DNA of 63,975 bases, filler included, from Chiloscyllium plagiosum (Eukaryota): the NCBI RefSeq assembly GCF_004010195.1. It is 5 parts of one record of this genome, joined end to end, with 100 filler letters (N's around TTAATTAATTAA, not from the genome) between each part and the next. Parts side by side here need not be neighbours in the genome. Positions count along the whole stretch, not along the records: positions 59,497 to 63,975 come from NC_057716.1; 4 more parts are not named here. One strand, 5' to 3'. Shown one piece after another: positions 63,333 to 63,975 of the stretch. Position 1 is the stretch's first letter. Each line of letters starts with the position of its first letter. The notes beneath the pieces were generated by a model. It had not been told where the DNA came from and did no database searches. It was given only the letters and a program-made list of their open reading frames with translations. The position numbers and the translations under genes were made by a program.

Positions 63333-63707
63333 GGAGCTCCTCCAGAACACGAGGGGGCGCAGTGAGGGGCAGATAGTTTTCCTCCATAACACGAGGAGGC
63401 TCAGTGAGGGCGAACGGAGCTCCTCCAGAACACGAGGGGGCGCAGTGAGAGGTGAACGGAGCTCCTCCAGAACACGAGGGGGCGCAGTGAGAGGCGAACG
63501 GAGCTCCTCCAGAACACGAGAGGGCGCAGTGAGAGGTGAACGGAGCTCCTCCAGAACGAGAGGGCGCAGTGAGAGGTGAACGGAGCTCCTCCAGAACACG
63601 AGAGGGCGCAGTGCGAGGCGAACGGAGCTCCTCCAGAACACGAGAGGGCGCAGTGAGAGGTGAACGGAGCTCCTCCAGAACACGAGAGGGCGCAGTGAGA
63701 GGCGGAC
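63333..63707 (+). repeat. 42-bp minisatellite, 9 units, with CTCF-like motifs
   Basis: Consensus GGAGCTCCTCCAGAACACGAG(G/A)GGGCGCAGTGAGAGG(T/C)GAAC. Units start near 63333, 63375 (degenerate), 63416, 63458, 63500, 63542 (40 bp), 63582, 63624 and 63666. Confidence 0.95.
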
Positions 63708-63843
63708 AGTAAGTGTGTGACTATGGGACACTCTTTCCGCGGTTGCGGAAGCTCAAAGCTCTCTCGTCCTCAACGTGGTGACCGAGAGCGGCTGCGGGGA
63801 TCCGACCGCGTTGTGAAACTTTCGGGGTCGGCACAAAACAGCG

Positions 63844-63948
63844 ATGGCGGCGTCGAAGAGTGATCCGGGCCTCCGCGCCCAGCAGTCCATGTCTCTCGAC
63901 CCCAAGATGCAGGAGGAGTTTCAACGGAAGCTGCACGGGATGAAGAAG
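63844..63948 (+). CDS. First coding exon of an unidentified gene
   Basis: CpG-rich context, Kozak-like gcgATGG, MAASKSDPGLRAQQSMSLDPKMQEEFQRKLHGMKK, then AAG|gtgggg donor and a G-rich intron start. Confidence 0.7.
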
Positions 63949-63975
63949 GTGGGGGAGGGGAGGAGAGGAGATGGG

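Noticed and set aside
63333..63707. CRISPR-like regularly spaced repeats, and the repetitive ORFs 63229-63579 and 63249-63731
   Set aside because: Units are contiguous with no unique spacers, there are no cas genes and the DNA is vertebrate. The ORFs are open only because the 42-bp unit lacks stops.
22081..63975. Remaining MCM6 exons or a lactase gene
   Set aside because: No matching peptide was seen. The segment containing exon 1 ends at 25346 inside intron 1.

Overview
Eukaryotic genomic DNA, most likely a shark. The inference rests on CR1/HER1-type LINEs, HE1-type tRNA-derived SINEs and Penelope-like elements, which fill much of the window. It is not one continuous locus: four artificial 100-nt linkers (44 N + TTAATTAATTAA + 44 N) split it into five segments (1-25346, 25447-39351, 39452-48763, 48864-59396, 59497-63975). 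Segment 1 holds the last six coding exons of cytoplasmic aspartyl-tRNA synthetase (DARS1, +), followed about 12.5 kb later by the CpG-rich E2F/NF-Y promoter and first exon of MCM6 (+), the same order as in human. Segment 5 ends in the first coding exon of an unidentified gene. The most notable non-genic signals are three. (1) Many minimal hammerhead-ribozyme motifs (CUGANGA-helix II-GAAA-short palindromic helix III) from at least four Penelope-derived families, often in short fold-back insertions with 12-15 bp target-site duplications. (2) Nine copies of a 42-bp repeat just upstream of the last gene, most carrying a CTCF-like motif, with an oppositely oriented single CTCF-like site 2.2 kb upstream. 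(3) A stop-free, in-frame 99-nt last intron in DARS1. Most ORFs in the supplied track are transposon fragments or noise. All family assignments come from motif recognition by eye, not from database searches.
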